A DNA stretch of 63,722 bases, the filler included, from Octopus bimaculoides (taxonomy: Eukaryota), in NCBI RefSeq assembly GCF_001194135.2. It is 5 parts of 5 records of this genome, joined end to end, with 100 filler letters (N's around TTAATTAATTAA, not from the genome) between each part and the next. Parts side by side here need not be neighbours in the genome. Positions count along the whole stretch, not along the records: positions 57,191 to 61,776 come from NC_068986.1; positions 61,877 to 63,722 come from NW_026317131.1; 3 more parts are not named here. The stretch is one strand, 5' to 3'. Each line of letters opens with the position of its first letter. Position 1 is the first letter of the stretch. Below the pieces are notes generated by a model. The model was given only the letters and a program-made list of their open reading frames with translations, was not told the origin of the DNA and did no database searches. The position numbers and the translations under genes are program-made. Below are positions 60,694 through 63,722 of the stretch, in pieces.

Positions 60694-61365
60694 TTTGTGT
60701 GAGTCGAAGAATTAGTGAACGGATGTCTCTTGAGTCTATAGTTTCAACTGTAAAGCATGGTGGAGGAAGTGCGATGATCTGGGGGCATTTTGCAGGCAAT
60801 AATGTCCTCGTCTAAGAAAATCCAAAGCATGTTCGGTTGGAGGGGATGCTTGAGTTTGTTCAAAAGCTTCGTAGCGCGGTCTTTCCTCTTGTCCCTGATA
60901 GCTTGGATAAAAGTTGGCCCTTTGTCATCTTGTTAGAAGAATCATCGGGTAAGGGGAATATTGAATCAAAACGGGTATCACTCTATCTTCCAGTGTCATA
61001 CCATTCCATCTGGAATGAGGCTGATCGGTGATAATTTTATGCTGATGCAAGATAACGATCCTAAACATACTTCTAAGCTTTGCAAAAACTATTTACAGAA
61101 AAACATGGATGAAAAGAGTTGACTAAAGGAATGGTGGGCCCAATCACCCGATTTACAATCTTATCTATATTGTGTGGGATGAACTGGATCGCAGAGTCAA
61201 AAGGTGACAACCACGTAGTGCAGAAACCCTCTGGGCATGCTTTGAAGACGAGTGGCAAAATGTTATCAACGAATATTTGCTTTCATTGGTTGAAAGAATG
61301 CCCAGAGTATGCTTGGCAGTGATCAAGGGCAAAGGCAGATATTTCGATGAGTCTAAGATTTAGAG
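60694..61365 (+). pseudogene. Tc1-like (DD34E) transposase remnant with an unrelated ~145-bp insert (about 60806-60950)
   Basis: STVKHGGGSAMIWG; MQDNDPKHTSK; AQSPDL; WDELDRRVK; LVERMPRVCLAVIKGKG.YFDESKI*. Confidence 0.9.
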
Positions 61366-61504
61366 TTTTTCTCTCATTTTTCAGTTTTGTATAATCGCGA
61401 ATTACTTACGTCATCCAATGAATGTAGTTATACATAAATAAAATATTTCACCAGAATCTCTCAGTTATATCCAGTTTGTAGATGTTTTTTTCAAAATAAG
61501 TTTA

Positions 61505-61765
61505 GGTGATCTTAAAGTTATATTTATGTGTGTCTTTGTGTATGTGTGTGTATGCGTGCATTTGTGTTTGTCCCCCTCCATCGATTCACACTGATGTTGG
61601 TGTATTTACGTCCCCGTAAATTAGCGGTTCGGCAAAAGAGGCCGATAGAGTGAGTACTAGGCATACAAAGAATAAATCCTGGGAGTCGATTTGTTCGACT
61701 GAAGGCGGTGTTCCAGCATGGCCGCAGTCAAATGACTAAAACAAGAAGAAGAACAGAATAAAAAT
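61505..61765 (+). mobile_element. Octopus-type SINE 3' part
   Basis: ttagcggttcggcaaaagag...gtcgatttgttcgactgaaggcggtgttccagcatggccgcagtcaaatgactaaaacaag. Confidence 0.88.
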
Positions 61766-62039
61766 ATATATATATANNNNNNNNNNNNNNNNNNNNNNNN
61801 NNNNNNNNNNNNNNNNNNNNTTAATTAATTAANNNNNNNNNNNNNNNNNNNNNNNNNNNNNNNNNNNNNNNNNNNNTGTTGTCTTGTGGGACTGTCGTAG
61901 TAAAAGGTCATTGATATATATATGGCTGACATGACTTGTTTATTCATAACGAACATTGGGTGAGTGCGTTCTTTGTATGTAATTGAACAATAAATGTAAT
62001 AATTAAACTGTATAACTCGTTATGTTATCTCTGCGAGTC

Positions 62040-62285
62040 ACCCGAGGGAAACATAACACCACATATGTACTGTCTACCGCAATGTCGTGCGCCAGCAACC
62101 CCACCACCAGGTACACACCAATATCAACACACTCGGTTTTATATCGACACTGTTTGAGTGGATTGTTTCCACCACGAGCAACAGTCAGAACTAACCAGCG
62201 AGAATATTCCGTATCAGGTAAACGGTCACAGCATTCGACGCTCAACACACATATTGTGATACCACAGCTTTGCTACTTGGCCACA
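62040..62285 (+). mobile_element. 3' internal region of the same LTR family as the nested element
   Basis: atgtactgtctacc.caatgtcgtgcgcca.caaccccaccaccagg.acacacca..tcaacacactcggtttt..aacagtcaga aligns with 11668-11872. Confidence 0.85.
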
Positions 62286-62699
62286 ACTTCCTGCGTATGA
62301 ACATTCTATCTTCTTGTGTAACTCTAACACAAACTGGTATTTCTCTATCTCAGTGTTTGAAACTTGTAGTCTGTTACAGACACTCTTTCTATGTTCTGTG
62401 TTACTTTCACTCACACTGTACACACACTATTGCTTATACGACTGTCCGTAACTTCACATTGTTGTATACATTCTCTTGTACACGAAGGCCTGACTTATCT
62501 ACTGTGTTATTTATATATGTCGCATGCACACACACAGACACAAACAGTTTCACTATGTTAATAAACTTACTCTCATTAAGTTGTCTGTCCTAAATTCTTT
62601 TACTGGCACTATGGCTCGTATCACTCACGATGAGCCTTCTATCTTATCATATATATCTTATTTTGTGTTCGACCGTGCGACATGGTAAAAAGGAGCCTT

Positions 62700-63722
62700 T
62701 TCCATCTACGTCGCCATCTCCTTTGGTTCGCACGGTCGAATTATTACAAAATTCTCTCATGGTTGCACTATATTTTCCAAAGTGGATCTGGTACGTGTGT
62801 ACTACCAAATCCATATGAACCCAGAAAATATACCTAAATCTGCCGTAACCACTCTGTTTGGTTCATTTGAATTCCTATCTATGCCTTTTGGTCTGAGAAA
62901 TGCAGCCAGTACATTCCAGCGTTTCATTGATGAAGTTGTACGCAGATTGAATTTTGTTTTTGCTTATGTAGATGACCTCCTAGTAGCCAGCGACACAGTT
63001 GAAAATCATCATCATCTATCTCAGTTGTTTCAACGTCTGTGAGCATATCATGTAAAGATCAATCCAGCTAAATGTGTATTCGGTACAACTTTATTGGAAT
63101 ACCTTGGACATCTTATAGACGCAGAGGGAATTCGACCCCACCCATCTAAAGTGGATGCTATTCAGAAAATCGCACCCCTACTTCATTGAGACAAGTACGT
63201 CACTTTTTGGGGTTAATAGATTTTTACAGAACTTTCATTCCGAACTGCGCGGACAAGTTGTTCCCCCTGACACAACTTTTGAAATCCACAAAGAAGAAAG
63301 ACGCATCTATTTCCCTTTCGGTTGACCCCTTGCGAGCTTTCGACTCCGTAAAGTCTGAATTAGCTAAAGTTTCCTTTTTCACTCATCCTACTGCAAACGT
63401 GAAACTATCCTTAACTGTAGACATGTCCACGATCACTGTCGGCACCATTCTAGAACACATCATCAACCAGAAATCTCAATCGCTTGCCTTTTTCTCATGT
63501 CAACTCAAGCCAGGAGAACAGTGTTACAGTAATTTTGACAGAGAGCTCTTAGCAGTTTATCTTGCTGTGAGACTCTTCCGCCATCTCCTAGAAGGTCAGG
63601 AGTTCACGGCATTCACAGATCATAAACCTCTTACATTCACTCTTCAACCCAAGTTCAATAGATACTCACCAAGGTTCTTATTTTTGCGCGGCAATTGTCC
63701 CCATGTTCTGCTTGCTAAGGGG
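62700..63722 (+). pseudogene. pol: Ty3/Gypsy reverse transcriptase plus RNase H (conventional order), degraded and running toward the window end
   Basis: [13 protein letters not shown]...[17 protein letters not shown]...AYVDDLLV; KCVFG..LEYLGH; RNase H: YSNFDRELLAVYLAV..FRHLLEGQEFTAFTDHKPL. Confidence 0.92.

Noticed and set aside
1-63722. CRISPR arrays, rRNA, prokaryotic operons or defence systems
   Set aside because: No regularly spaced repeat-spacer array or prokaryotic gene structure is present. The window is eukaryotic repeat DNA.

Overview
AT-rich, gap-riddled eukaryotic genomic DNA made up almost entirely of microsatellites and decayed transposable elements. The SINE/LINE repertoire and the (TA)n/(CA)n load point to an octopus genome (inference). 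No host protein-coding gene, rRNA, tRNA gene or CRISPR array is supportable. Recognisable elements: several Penelope-like elements (PLEs) and PLE-type terminal repeats, RTE LINEs, R4/Dong-type LINEs sitting in (AAT)n tracts, a CR1-type 3' end, a Tx1/L1-type endonuclease fragment, a Gmr1-type Gypsy (integrase upstream of RT) with a nested ~1.76 kb non-autonomous LTR element (4-bp TSD, tRNA-Trp PBS), a conventional Gypsy RT/RNase H, hAT, mariner and Tc1 remnants, MITE-like foldbacks and many tRNA-derived SINEs. The most interesting signal is a set of about ten minimal hammerhead-ribozyme-like motifs from at least five repeat families. Most have palindromic, dimer-type stem III and non-canonical cores, and several sit at the centre of long genomic palindromes. 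Four 100-bp gaps contain an artificial TTAATTAATTAA linker and mark scaffold joins. All identities are by-eye alignments; no searches were run.
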